The notes under the pieces were generated by a model. It was given only the letters and a program-made list of their open reading frames with translations. It ran no database searches and had not been told where the DNA came from. Position numbers and translations under genes: made by a program. 64,000 nucleotides of DNA from an uncultured Gammaproteobacteria bacterium (GTDB taxonomy: Bacteria > Pseudomonadota > Gammaproteobacteria > JAURND01), in assembly GCA_963714975.1 (NCBI GenBank), contig CAVQQD010000002.1:519641-583640 (forward strand), read 5' to 3'. Below are positions 44,401-53,520 of the stretch, piece by piece; position 1 is the stretch's first letter; each line of letters starts with the position of its first letter.

Positions 44401-44805
44401 ATGATTGAAACAATTCAAAAATTGAAACAATTAAGCTTAGAAAAAACTGCAGATTTTTCCCATTGCTTTAATATGTTTATGGACCTTGCGGCAGAGCCGC
44501 AATTTGCTCAAGCAGGGCAAGCACTGCAAAGCAATAAAGAATTTTTCCAAGCGTTACTGGCGCCAGTAACTAATTTTTTTGGCGAAACTATTACTATGAC
44601 TACTTTGTTTCCAGTCAGCGTCCAGCAATATCATTTAATTCATGGCTTTGCCAATCTTTCGAATCACTATATGGTTGCCTTTTATTTTTTTGATGATATT
44701 CAATGTGGAATAGCTTGTGCTTCTAAACTAGGTGAGATACGTAGCGAATTTTTTAGAATTACCCTGATAGAAACTAGTTCTTCGCCTTCGTCGCTGCTGC
44801 ATTAA
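44401..44805 (+). CDS. Hypothetical protein
   Basis: 134-aa ORF in the accessory islet; no recognised domain. Confidence 0.35.
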   Translation: MIETIQKLKQLSLEKTADFSHCFNMFMDLAAEPQFAQAGQALQSNKEFFQALLAPVTNFFGETITMTTLFPVSVQQYHLIHGFANLSNHYMVAFYFFDDIQCGIACASKLGEIRSEFFRITLIETSSSPSSLLH

Positions 44806-44847
44806 AAATCCCTTCTCCCAATGGTTCCCTACCCTTTCTCGGCGAAA

Positions 44848-44946
44848 ACGTCGTCCCGCGACTTGATCGCGGGATCCATGCCATTGAGACGCACGAAACG
44901 TTAACTTCCCTGCTCCCTGGATTCCAGCTTCCATGCTGGGACGACG
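44848..44946. repeat. About 100-bp 'cgtcgtccc...gggacgacg' family element
   Basis: aacgtcgtcccgcgacttgatcgcgggatccatgccattgagacgcacgaaacgttaacttccctgctccctggattccagcttccatgctgggacgacg. Confidence 0.8.
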
Positions 44947-45061
44947 AGGCTTTGGAAATTCACCGGGAATTGCTGGACTTGCATTGCTTAAATCGCTCAT
45001 CTCAACTAGAATTCCTAATCAGATAACTTTGTTTTTAATTTTTAAAAGAAGAAAATACAGT

Positions 45062-45991
45062 ATGTCAGAACAAACCGGTAATCCTATTTCACAGCATTCA
45101 TCTGGCAGCGGGTTTACCGCAGAGTTCATTCCAATCTCTGAACTTCAAAAATTTCTTCCGCTATTCAATAAAGAATTAAGCGAAAAAGTTTTTTCATACC
45201 ATTTAATTCCTCAACCTTTTCCAGTCCAATTCGCATTTGCTTGTGATTTTTTTAAAGCTTTTGTTAATGGAAATCCATTACCCGAATCAATACCTAATTT
45301 TTTTGAAAAGTGGTTTGATTCTGGGCGATATAAATTGGCACATGGTGATGATTCAATTTTTACATTGCAAGATGAGAAAGGGCAAAATAAATCAAGAGGG
45401 CGCCGTGTCTTTGACTTATTTATTAAATTTGATAATTGGGGAGAAAGAGGGGTAACATTTGAAAAATATTTCAAAATTACTAACGGTTTACAACAACATC
45501 TCACCGTAGTACAAGAATTATTGAATGTTCTTAAACGTTATGACCCACAAGGTTCGCAAGCAGATGAGAAATTACAAAACGTAACAGCTGCTCCCTCATT
45601 GATTACTTCTTTTCAATGGTTGTCATCTGAAAGTCTAAAAACTCCATTTTTGCCAGAGAAAAAATTTACAGGTATGGCTGGACAAACCAACATTTCTATT
45701 CCACGGAATTTACCTGAAGGTCAGTCGTTCTCAAAGTTACCTCCAAGCTCTGAACTGGATACAAAAACTTCATTTTTATCAAAGAAAAAATTTATAGGTA
45801 TGGTTGGCTTAATCAGCCTTGGGGGCTTGATTACCACAGCTTTAATGGCCAAAGATCGATTGATGATCGAGGTTTATATTGCAGTCGTGATATTGGAAAT
45901 TTTATTAACCACTTTTTTTATAGGTTTAACTGGTAAAAAAGTGTTAGATGATTGCCGTGAAATTTCCAGTCAGAACAATAGCATGGCTTAA
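45062..45991 (+). CDS. Hypothetical protein with C-terminal transmembrane segments (effector-like)
   Basis: Start at 'MSEQTGNPISQHSSGSG'; C-terminal 'MVGLISLGGLITTALMA' and 'VYIAVVILEILLTTFFIGL' TM helices; internal duplication 'LPEKKFTGMAGQT' / 'LSKKKFIGMVGLI'. Confidence 0.4.
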   Translation: MSEQTGNPISQHSSGSGFTAEFIPISELQKFLPLFNKELSEKVFSYHLIPQPFPVQFAFACDFFKAFVNGNPLPESIPNFFEKWFDSGRYKLAHGDDSIFTLQDEKGQNKSRGRRVFDLFIKFDNWGERGVTFEKYFKITNGLQQHLTVVQELLNVLKRYDPQGSQADEKLQNVTAAPSLITSFQWLSSESLKTPFLPEKKFTGMAGQTNISIPRNLPEGQSFSKLPPSSELDTKTSFLSKKKFIGMVGLISLGGLITTALMAKDRLMIEVYIAVVILEILLTTFFIGLTGKKVLDDCREISSQNNSMA

Positions 45992-46032
45992 ATCAGTCAT
46001 GAGATCCCTCGCTTCGCTCGGGAGGACAGCTG

Positions 46033-46057
46033 GGATGAATCAAGCATTTTAAAATCC
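46033..46057. repeat. 22-bp direct repeat (g[ga]tgaatcaagcattt(t)aaaatc) flanking the yhcG-like gene; second copy 47109-47130
   Basis: ggatgaatcaagcattttaaaatcc versus ggtgaatcaagcatttaaaatcttc read directly. Confidence 0.7.
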
Positions 46058-46071
46058 TTTTGCCCTAATCA

Positions 46072-47094
46072 TCATATTTCTCCTAACAATTGAGCAATTA
46101 GTTCGGGACTGGGTAATTGGCTTTTTAACTCCTTGGGCAATTTAGTAAATACTCGATATTGAGCAACACCAATAGGTTTATTTGCATCATGCAAAGTATA
46201 TTCAACAATAGTTTTGCGCTTGCTTTTGCAAAGAATAATGCCTATGGATGGGTTTTCATCTGGCAATCTTACCTGCACATCCAGGGCGCGTAGATAAAAT
46301 TGCATCTTGCCAACATATTCTGGCTCAAATTCTCCTATTTTTAATTCTACCGCTACGAGTGCCTTCAGTTGACGATGATATAGCAAAATATCAATGAAAA
46401 ACTCCCTGTTGTCTACTTCAAGCTTATATTGGCTGCCAACAAATGTGAAAATTCCACCCATTTCTCTTAGGAAATGCTCTATTTTCGCCAAAAGTGCTTG
46501 TTCCAGCTCATGCTCACTGTGGGCTTCACCCAATTCCAAAAAGTCAAAAGTGTACTCATCTTTAACTGCCAATTTAGCTTGTGTTTTGATTTCTTTAGGC
46601 AGGGTGTTTTCAAAATTGTTTTGATTTAAAAGGGTTTTTTCGTAGGCTTGATTTTCAATTTGGTGGATAAGGACATTTTTTGACCAGCCAAATTTGCGAG
46701 TCATCCGTAGGTAAAACTCGCACTGCAGCTCGTCCTTACACTGATCCATAATGATGAGATTATTAGACCAGCTAATTTCTCTCACCAGTGGTGAGAGTTT
46801 TGGGTTTTGGTGGTAAGTTTCGTAAAATGAGCGCATTCGCCATAAATTAGGGGCAGAAAAACCTTTTATTTCAGGAAAATCTATTTTTAAATCATTAGCT
46901 AATTGTTCTACTACAGACTTCCCCCAACCTTCTATTCGCTGACGTTCAATAATCATTTTTCCAATATCCCAATAAAGTCCCACTAGTGTTTTATTAACTG
47001 TTTTTAACGCTTCATATTGTGCCTCAGCAATGCGGGTCTTGATTTCTTTCAGGAGGCTGGCATAGTTTTTTATTTTTTGGTTAGTTGATGTCAT
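46072..47094 (-). CDS. YhcG-family PDDEXK nuclease (DUF1016 N-domain plus restriction-endonuclease-like C-domain)
   Basis: 'FTFVGSQYKLEVDNREFFIDILLYHRQLKALVAVELKIGEFEPEYVGKMQFYLRALD' matches the YhcG/DUF1016 signature. Start at 'MTSTNQKIKNYASLL'. Confidence 0.75.
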   Translation of the reverse strand: MTSTNQKIKNYASLLKEIKTRIAEAQYEALKTVNKTLVGLYWDIGKMIIERQRIEGWGKSVVEQLANDLKIDFPEIKGFSAPNLWRMRSFYETYHQNPKLSPLVREISWSNNLIIMDQCKDELQCEFYLRMTRKFGWSKNVLIHQIENQAYEKTLLNQNNFENTLPKEIKTQAKLAVKDEYTFDFLELGEAHSEHELEQALLAKIEHFLREMGGIFTFVGSQYKLEVDNREFFIDILLYHRQLKALVAVELKIGEFEPEYVGKMQFYLRALDVQVRLPDENPSIGIILCKSKRKTIVEYTLHDANKPIGVAQYRVFTKLPKELKSQLPSPELIAQLLGEI

Positions 47095-47161
47095 TGGAAT
47101 ATTCAGCAGGTGAATCAAGCATTTAAAATCTTCTAGGGGACGTGCGCAAAATAACTTCAAA

Positions 47162-47668
47162 CTATTGTGCACGTTCCTTTGTTCCTACCATCACGCAGAG
47201 TGCATAACAAGGTTCAGAATTATTATTGATCCAAGTATGTTCTGGACCAACCTGTACTAGAAAATCTCCAGCATGTAAATCAATTTTATTTTTACCGACA
47301 ATGCAGGTAATTGATCCAGATAAAATGAAAATATAATCCACTGAATTGGTGCTGTGTAGGTTAAATTTTGTCCAATCTGTGGGAATAGCTTGCCCAGAAT
47401 TTTGCAGGTCTGCGGCTATTTGTGCTTGGGTGGGCATACAAATCTTTAAAAACCGCATCGCACCCTCTGGCAAGTGAAGATCGTAAATATTATCTAGATG
47501 TCGAGTTGCCAAGGTTTGTGGATTTTCTTCTGTATAGAAAAGGTCCTGCAAATAAAAAGAGGGAAGAGAAGGGTATGGTGCAAGAGCTGCAATTTTTTCA
47601 TCGGCAAGGATGGTTGACTTTTGATTGGCATTGATGCCTGATATAACTCTGCGGGTTTTTTTTAACAT
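47162..47668 (-). CDS. Cupin-domain protein
   Basis: 'HAGDFLVQVGPEHTWINNNSEPCYALCVM' cupin beta-barrel motif region; 168 aa. Confidence 0.5.
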   Translation of the reverse strand: MLKKTRRVISGINANQKSTILADEKIAALAPYPSLPSFYLQDLFYTEENPQTLATRHLDNIYDLHLPEGAMRFLKICMPTQAQIAADLQNSGQAIPTDWTKFNLHSTNSVDYIFILSGSITCIVGKNKIDLHAGDFLVQVGPEHTWINNNSEPCYALCVMVGTKERAQ

Positions 47669-47700
47669 TTTTTATCCTTTTTAGGTTAAGCCACCGCGAT

Positions 47701-47725
47701 TTGAGGTCACAATTTGTGACCTCAA
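47701..47725. promoter_or_regulatory. Perfect 12-1-12 inverted repeat TTGAGGTCACAA-t-TTGTGACCTCAA about 35 bp upstream of the cupin gene; candidate operator
   Basis: Read directly; lies between the HTH regulator gene (stop 47869) and the cupin start (47668). Confidence 0.45.
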
Positions 47726-47868
47726 ACTTTCAAATTCCTGAGGAAAAAGAACTGGTAAGAAATTTTGACCGGTTTTAAAGGCTACAATGATTCGTGTGCT
47801 TCTGCTCTTACCGCGACTTGTTGGTAATTCGTTTTATTACGCCATGGCCATAATAAACATAGTAAGTA

Positions 47869-48255
47869 TTATGCCGTCTTATTCTCTGTGTGCTTTTTCC
47901 AATGTATACCCAACATCACATTAAATTTCGTAGCTTTGGCGATAGGGCAAATAGTTCTATGACGTTTTTCGAGCCTCACAAAACCATAAGCCGACAGTGT
48001 TTTTAATGTCCTAGACAAGTTATTGAGTTGACGTCCTGTGATCGCAGCTAATTCACTTATAGAATCAGGTTTTTTCTCTGTAATAATTTGTAATAAGGCT
48101 TGATTTTCATCACTTAATACCTCTGCGAGTGACCTTATTGAAGTAAACCAAATTTTAGGCTCATCTGGTTTTGGTTTGTATTTACCTTGTGCAACCGCAA
48201 GCGTTCGTTCTCTGATTTCTTTTTGCGACATAAGGCCAATTCTGACAGTCTTCAT
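47869..48255 (-). CDS. Predicted winged-helix transcriptional regulator (COG4190-like)
   Basis: 'MKTVRIGLMSQKEIRERTLAVAQGKYKPKPDEPKIWFTSIRSLAEVLSDENQALLQII' resembles conserved COG4190 predicted-regulator sequences; 128 aa. Confidence 0.5.
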   Translation of the reverse strand: MKTVRIGLMSQKEIRERTLAVAQGKYKPKPDEPKIWFTSIRSLAEVLSDENQALLQIITEKKPDSISELAAITGRQLNNLSRTLKTLSAYGFVRLEKRHRTICPIAKATKFNVMLGIHWKKHTENKTA

Positions 48256-48368
48256 TATGGTTACTCCTTTATTCCGAGTGCATTCAATCTCTCCAATCCT
48301 AGCTTAAAACAAGGGGTCCCCTCAACCGTAAGAACGTAGGAACCCCCTCATCTCAAGTTTATTACTTC

Positions 48369-48827
48369 TTAGAACAAACCGGTCTGTTTTTTCTGCGTGA
48401 GCAGGTCCATGAACCGGTTACATTCTTCCCAGGGTACGTCCCCATGACGATAACTCAGCGCTTTACACAGCAAGCGGCAGAATTCACCATGGTAGACGGG
48501 ATATTTCACAAAGCTAAAAACATAAGCTCCGCCAGCTACGATTTCTGCAATGGCTCGTGAGAACATATGCAAATACTCCAGATGCTCCTTAAATTCTCGG
48601 TAGCGTATGAAGGTTTGCAGGCGAGACTCATAGATGCATAGCAGACGCCCATCGGTTAAGATTGCCGTGAAACTAAGCCCCACTAACGCGGAGATTTCAC
48701 GTAAATACTCTTTCTCGTTGGGATCGCATACGTCGCAGTAACGTTTGAAGCTAGAGTGGAATATTTCAGCAAGACGATAAATGTCGTTGCTCGATAGCGG
48801 CAAAGCCGCTAAAGTAGGATTAGCCAT
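48369..48827 (-). CDS. Hypothetical protein upstream of and co-directional with the HTH regulator
   Basis: 152-aa ORF; no recognised motif. Confidence 0.35.
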   Translation of the reverse strand: MANPTLAALPLSSNDIYRLAEIFHSSFKRYCDVCDPNEKEYLREISALVGLSFTAILTDGRLLCIYESRLQTFIRYREFKEHLEYLHMFSRAIAEIVAGGAYVFSFVKYPVYHGEFCRLLCKALSYRHGDVPWEECNRFMDLLTQKKQTGLF

Positions 48828-49190
48828 CTTGACCTCCTATAACAGGTTAATTTGGTTAGCATCGTCATTGGGCTGCAATCCCTTTGACGGTGCGCTTACA
48901 AGATACGGAGACATTTGCTCCCCATTGGAAAACTGATGTCTCCATCTCCCGCTTCCTTGTAGTGGATTTAATACACAACAAGAAAGCGAGTTGATTATCC
49001 CCTCTAAGAAAAAGCCTGTCAACGCGGGTTTCAAATTTTTTAAATTAGGTGAGTTTACTGTGTCTTCGATGGGCGAATAGTATATTGTTATTCATTTCTT
49101 TCAATACTTTAGTTGTTTTGGTTGTGACAGAACTGATGCACCCAAGGTTGAACAACAGAATTCACAAAACCGTCCATCGGAGGTTTAAGC

Positions 49191-49406
49191 ATGTCACAGA
49201 TCCCACCCTGCCTCGAACAAATTTTTGACGATCTAAATAACAGTGATGAATTCAAAATTCTTCTCATTATTTTTGCTGCCTGTATAGTAGTAGCAATGGG
49301 CCTATTTCCCCTTCTGGGTTCTTGCTGCTGCGGAATTCAGGATCAAGGAGCGCCGGATAATAACAATCCACCACTTCCACAAAACCAAATGCGTACGACG
49401 CAGTAG
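49191..49406 (+). CDS. Small hypothetical membrane protein with Cys-rich segment
   Basis: 71 aa; 'ILLIIFAACIVVAMGLFPLLGSCCCG' single TM. Confidence 0.3.
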   Translation: MSQIPPCLEQIFDDLNNSDEFKILLIIFAACIVVAMGLFPLLGSCCCGIQDQGAPDNNNPPLPQNQMRTTQ

Positions 49407-49429
49407 CTTCAGAAGGCCAGCCTTGAGGA

Positions 49430-50511
49430 TTAACGCAACTTCAGCGAAGCGAGTCCGCATAGCACCAGCATGAAGGTAATAATCCAAAACCGCACGATTA
49501 CTCGAGGTTCAGGCCAGCCTTTGAGCTCAAAATGGTGATGAAGGGGAGCCATTTTAAAAATACGTTTACCGGTGAGCTTAAATGAAGCGACCTGTAATAT
49601 CACCGAAAGCGTTTCTATTACAAATACCCCGCCCATAATAAAGAGCACTAATTCTTGGCGAACAATTACTGCCACAATACCTAAAGCAGCGCCTAGTCCT
49701 AAAGCGCCTACATCACCCATAAATACCTGGGCAGGATAAGTGTTGAACCATAAAAAGCCTAAGCCTGCTCCGACCAGAGCGGCGCAAAAGACTGCGACTT
49801 CTCCTGCACCAGGGACATAGGGAATGGTTAAATATTTAGAAAATTCAAAATTACCACTTAAATAAGCAAAAATAGCCATAGCGCCAGCGACCATTACTGT
49901 GGGCAGAATGGCCAGCCCATCTAGGCCATCAGTCAGGTTGACGGCATTACTGGTGCCGACAATCACAAAATAAGCCAATAAAATATACAACAAACCTAAG
50001 TTAATACTGACATTCTTGAGATAGGGAATTAACAACTGGGTTTCAGCAGGTGTTTTCGCCATGTAGTAGAGAATAACAGCGATGGTAATACCCAATATAG
50101 ATTGCCAAAGATATTTCCAGCGCGCTGGTAAACCACTGGGTGATTTCTTGCTAAGTTTTAGATAATCATCTAACCATCCAATAATGCCAAATCCCAGCAT
50201 ACCAAACAGGGTTAGCCAAATGTAGGGATTGGCTAAATACCCCACAACAAAATGCTGGCGCTGATAGCAATGAGGATTAGGGTGCCTCCCATAGTGGGTG
50301 TGCCGGCTTTGGAGAAATGGCTCTTCGGTCCATCGTTGCGCACCACTTGCCCGACTTGATGATGACTGAGCGCATCAATCATTTTGGGGCCGACAATCAG
50401 AGCGATCACCAGCGCAGTGAGCGCGGCGAGAATCGAGCGAAAAGTGAGATATTGAAAAACCCGAAAGCCTTCGTAATAGTGTTGTAAAAATTGCGTTAGC
50501 CAAAGTAACAT
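49430..50511 (-). CDS. mraY: Phospho-N-acetylmuramoyl-pentapeptide transferase; apparent -1 error in a G4 run near 50246
   Basis: Two ORFs (50233-50511, 49430-50245) align to MraY. Adding one G to 'ttgtggggtattta' restores '...[14 protein letters not shown]...'. Confidence 0.85.
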
Positions 50512-50512
50512 A

Positions 50513-51926
50513 TTAAGCCTCTCCTTCTAAAGCAGCGACAATTTTCCCATTTTGCATCGAGCGCGATCCTTTAATCAATGCGGTCGTTTGAGCATTAAGT
50601 TGTAATTTCAAGGCAGCAATTAATTGCTGTTGTTCAGAAAAATGTTGGGCTTGCTGACCAAAGGCTGCTACTGCTAAGCGGCTCAACTCACCATAGGCAA
50701 ATAATTGCGTAATGCCCAAACGCTGTGCTTCATAGCCAAGCAATTTTAATGAAATATTCGGGCCCATAGGAGCCTAATTCTTTCATGTCGGCAAGTACCA
50801 AAATTTTAATTCCGGGCATATGAGCTAATACTTCAATAGCTGCTTGGGCTGAGCGTGGATTGGCATTGTAACTATCATCAATAATCCGTGCGCCATTGGT
50901 TAAGTATTTTATTTGTAAGCGTTTGTTTACCGCTTGAGTATTTTCCAAGCCCTGTTTTATCGCAGTCAATGGTATATTCAGTGCGCAAGCGCAAGCAGCT
51001 GCTGCCAAGGCATTGGCAATATTATGTTTTCCTAGCAGAGGCAGTTGAATAAAAATGGTTCCATAGGGGGTATGTAGAGTAAATTCAGGATTTCCTTCGG
51101 GATTTATTAAGGGACTTTCTGCCCAAATAGATGCTTTTTTCTGAAGGCCAAAGTGGAGAATTTTCTTGGTTGGCACGAGAGATTCCCAATAGGGGGCAAA
51201 GTGATCGTCAGCATTAATGATGGCAATTCCAGTCTCATCGAGTCCGCGAAAAATTTCGCCTTTTGCCTGTGCTACTCCTTCTAGAGTTTGTACTCCTTGC
51301 AAATGAGCAGGTGCTGCATTAGTAATTAGGGCAATGGTCGGATGAGCGAGCTGCGATAAATGAGCAATTTCACCAAAATGATTCATCCCTATTTCAATCA
51401 CGGCATATTGATGATCAGAATTTAATCCCAATAGGGTCAGCGGGACACCGATTTCATTATTAAAACTTTTTTCGCTAGCCAAAACTTTGTTGGATCCCTC
51501 GCTGCGCTCGGGATGACACCCCTGCTCGGGATGACACGCCTGCTCGGGATGACCCCCCCCCTGCTGCAGAATGCTGGCGAGCATAGAGCGCACGGTAGTT
51601 TTACCACAACTACCGGTGATGCCGATCATTGGCAGCGTAAATTGTTGCCGATGAAAACGCGCAAATTGTCCCAGTGCCTGAATCGTGTCGTTGACTTGTA
51701 GCTGTGGTAGCGGGCAGGGCAGGGGGTGCTGGACCAAGGCGGCAGCGGCCTGCTGTTGTTTTGCCATGGCAATAAAATCATGGCCATCGAAATGAGGGCC
51801 TTTGATGGCGACAAATAATTCTCCAGGTTGTAAGCTGCGGGTATCCGTGCTCACACCTTGAAAACAGACATCTGCGCCTAACAGTTGGCCGCTAAGTAAA
51901 TGGCTAAGACTTGAAAGTTGTATCAT
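50513..51926 (-). CDS. murF: UDP-MurNAc-pentapeptide synthetase MurF; apparent single-base indel near 50760, plus an in-frame repeat insertion
   Basis: ORFs 50730-51926 and 50513-50767 match the MurF N- and C-terminal parts. Frame change at 'tatgggcccgaat' (ggg/ccc runs). The 51492-51561 element is translated '[23 protein letters not shown]' just after the P-loop 'GSCGKTT'. Confidence 0.85.
51492..51561. repeat. gtcatcccga-family element with three partial 15-bp tandem units and a C9 homopolymer, in frame inside murF
   Basis: ggatccctcgctgcgctcgggatgacacccctgctcgggatgacacgcctgctcgggatgaccccccccc; C-run 51553-51561. Confidence 0.8.
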
Positions 51927-51937
51927 TATACACTCCC

Positions 51938-52042
51938 TCTCCCTACTGCCCTCTCAAATCCCCCTCATCCGGCCTGCGGCCACCTTCTCCCACAAGGGGA
52001 GAAGGGATGCTGCCGAGAGTTTATAGAGGAGAGGGGATTAGA
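51938..52042. repeat. Dispersed palindromic elements (gggagaagg and gagaggggat types) between murE and murF
   Basis: ccctcatccggcctgcggccaccttctcccacaaggggagaagggatgctgccgagagtttatagaggagaggggatta. Confidence 0.7.
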
Positions 52043-53520
52043 TATCGCAAAACTTGTTCTACATCATTAAACGGCAATTTTTCCGCACCAATTTGTTGAT
52101 AATTCTCGTGACCTTTGCCCGCCACTAAAACCACATCCCCTGCTTGCGCATGGTGGATGGCATAAGCAATAGCTCGTTGCCGATCATGTTCCACTTGGAT
52201 GTCTTCAACAGCTTGCAGACCACTTAAGATATCGTCAGTAATGCGTTGCGGATCCTCAAAACGCGGGTTATCCGTGGTAATAATCATCCGATCACTATAA
52301 CGCTGGGCGATTTGCCCCATCAGTGGACGTTTCCCCGCATCTCGATTGCCGCCACAACCAAAAACGCACCACAAAGTTCCTGAGCAATGCTCACGTAAGG
52401 CGATCAATGCTTGTTCTAAAGCATCCGGAGTGTGCGAATAGTCAACGACCACTAAAGGCTGATTGATTCCGCCCAAAGCTTGCATACGGCCATTGATCGT
52501 GGACAAAGCAGACACCTGTCGCAGGATATCAGTCCAGGGCATCCCTAAAATCCCTAAGGTGGCCACTGACGCTAGTAAATTGCTTAAATTGAAGCGCCCT
52601 AATAATGGACTTTGAATCAGGCCTTGACCCCAAGGAGAACTCACTTGAGCTGAAAACCCTCTGGCATTAAGTTGAATCTCAGAGGCCGAAATAGTAGCAG
52701 TAGCAGTAGCTTTAGCATTTTGAGTAGTATAGGCATAACAGGGTAATTTAGTGGAGAATTCCTCTAATAATTGCCGACCAAAGGCGTCATCGGCATTAAT
52801 GATGGCGGCTTGCAAGGGCCGCAAGAATAATTGTCGCTTGACTTGACCATAGGCTTCCATGCTGCCGTGATAATCCAGGTGGTCGCGAGTTAAATTAGTG
52901 AATACGGCAATGTCAAATTTTACCCCAGCTACCCGATGTTGTGCCAAACTGTGCGAGGAAACTTCCATGGCAACACATTGGGCTTTTTGCGCTTTTAATT
53001 CAGCTAAGATACGTTGCAGACTGATGGCGTCTGGTGTAGTCAAAAATCCGGGTTGGATTGCTTCAGGAAAGCCATAACCTAGGGTGCCAATCACCCCACA
53101 ACGGGAATTTAATTGACTTAAGGCCGCAGCAATAAATTGGCTGCAAGAGGTTTTGCCATTGGTGCCAGTGATACCAATGGTTGTCAGATCGCAAGAAGGA
53201 TCCTGATAAAAACGCGCGGCAATAGGCCCTACTTGGGCTTTTAGGTCGGGAATCGCTAAAATGGGGATAGTCTGCTGACCAAATTTCTGCAGAGTCAGTG
53301 CAGAAGTGGCGTTATCTGCCTCTTGTAATACCGCAGCAGCTCCTTTGCTAAGGGCTTGTTGGATAAAACGCGGTCTAAATTCCATGGGTCCGGCTGCAGC
53401 AATAAATAAATCAGCGGCCTTGGTTTGGCGACTATCTGAACATAGGCCAGTGATTTCAAGTGGGAAATCACTGGGCCAAGGGGCTATGCCATCTAATAAT
53501 ACACTAAGTTTCTTCATCAC
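52021..53520 (-). CDS. murE: UDP-MurNAc-tripeptide:meso-DAP ligase
   Basis: 'GITGTNGKTS' P-loop; Mur ligase middle and C domains; 499 aa. The 5' end of the ORF likely starts at 'MMKKLSVLL'. Confidence 0.9.
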   Translation of the reverse strand: MMKKLSVLLDGIAPWPSDFPLEITGLCSDSRQTKAADLFIAAAGPMEFRPRFIQQALSKGAAAVLQEADNATSALTLQKFGQQTIPILAIPDLKAQVGPIAARFYQDPSCDLTTIGITGTNGKTSCSQFIAAALSQLNSRCGVIGTLGYGFPEAIQPGFLTTPDAISLQRILAELKAQKAQCVAMEVSSHSLAQHRVAGVKFDIAVFTNLTRDHLDYHGSMEAYGQVKRQLFLRPLQAAIINADDAFGRQLLEEFSTKLPCYAYTTQNAKATATATISASEIQLNARGFSAQVSSPWGQGLIQSPLLGRFNLSNLLASVATLGILGMPWTDILRQVSALSTINGRMQALGGINQPLVVVDYSHTPDALEQALIALREHCSGTLWCVFGCGGNRDAGKRPLMGQIAQRYSDRMIITTDNPRFEDPQRITDDILSGLQAVEDIQVEHDRQRAIAYAIHHAQAGDVVLVAGKGHENYQQIGAEKLPFNDVEQVLRYLIPSPL

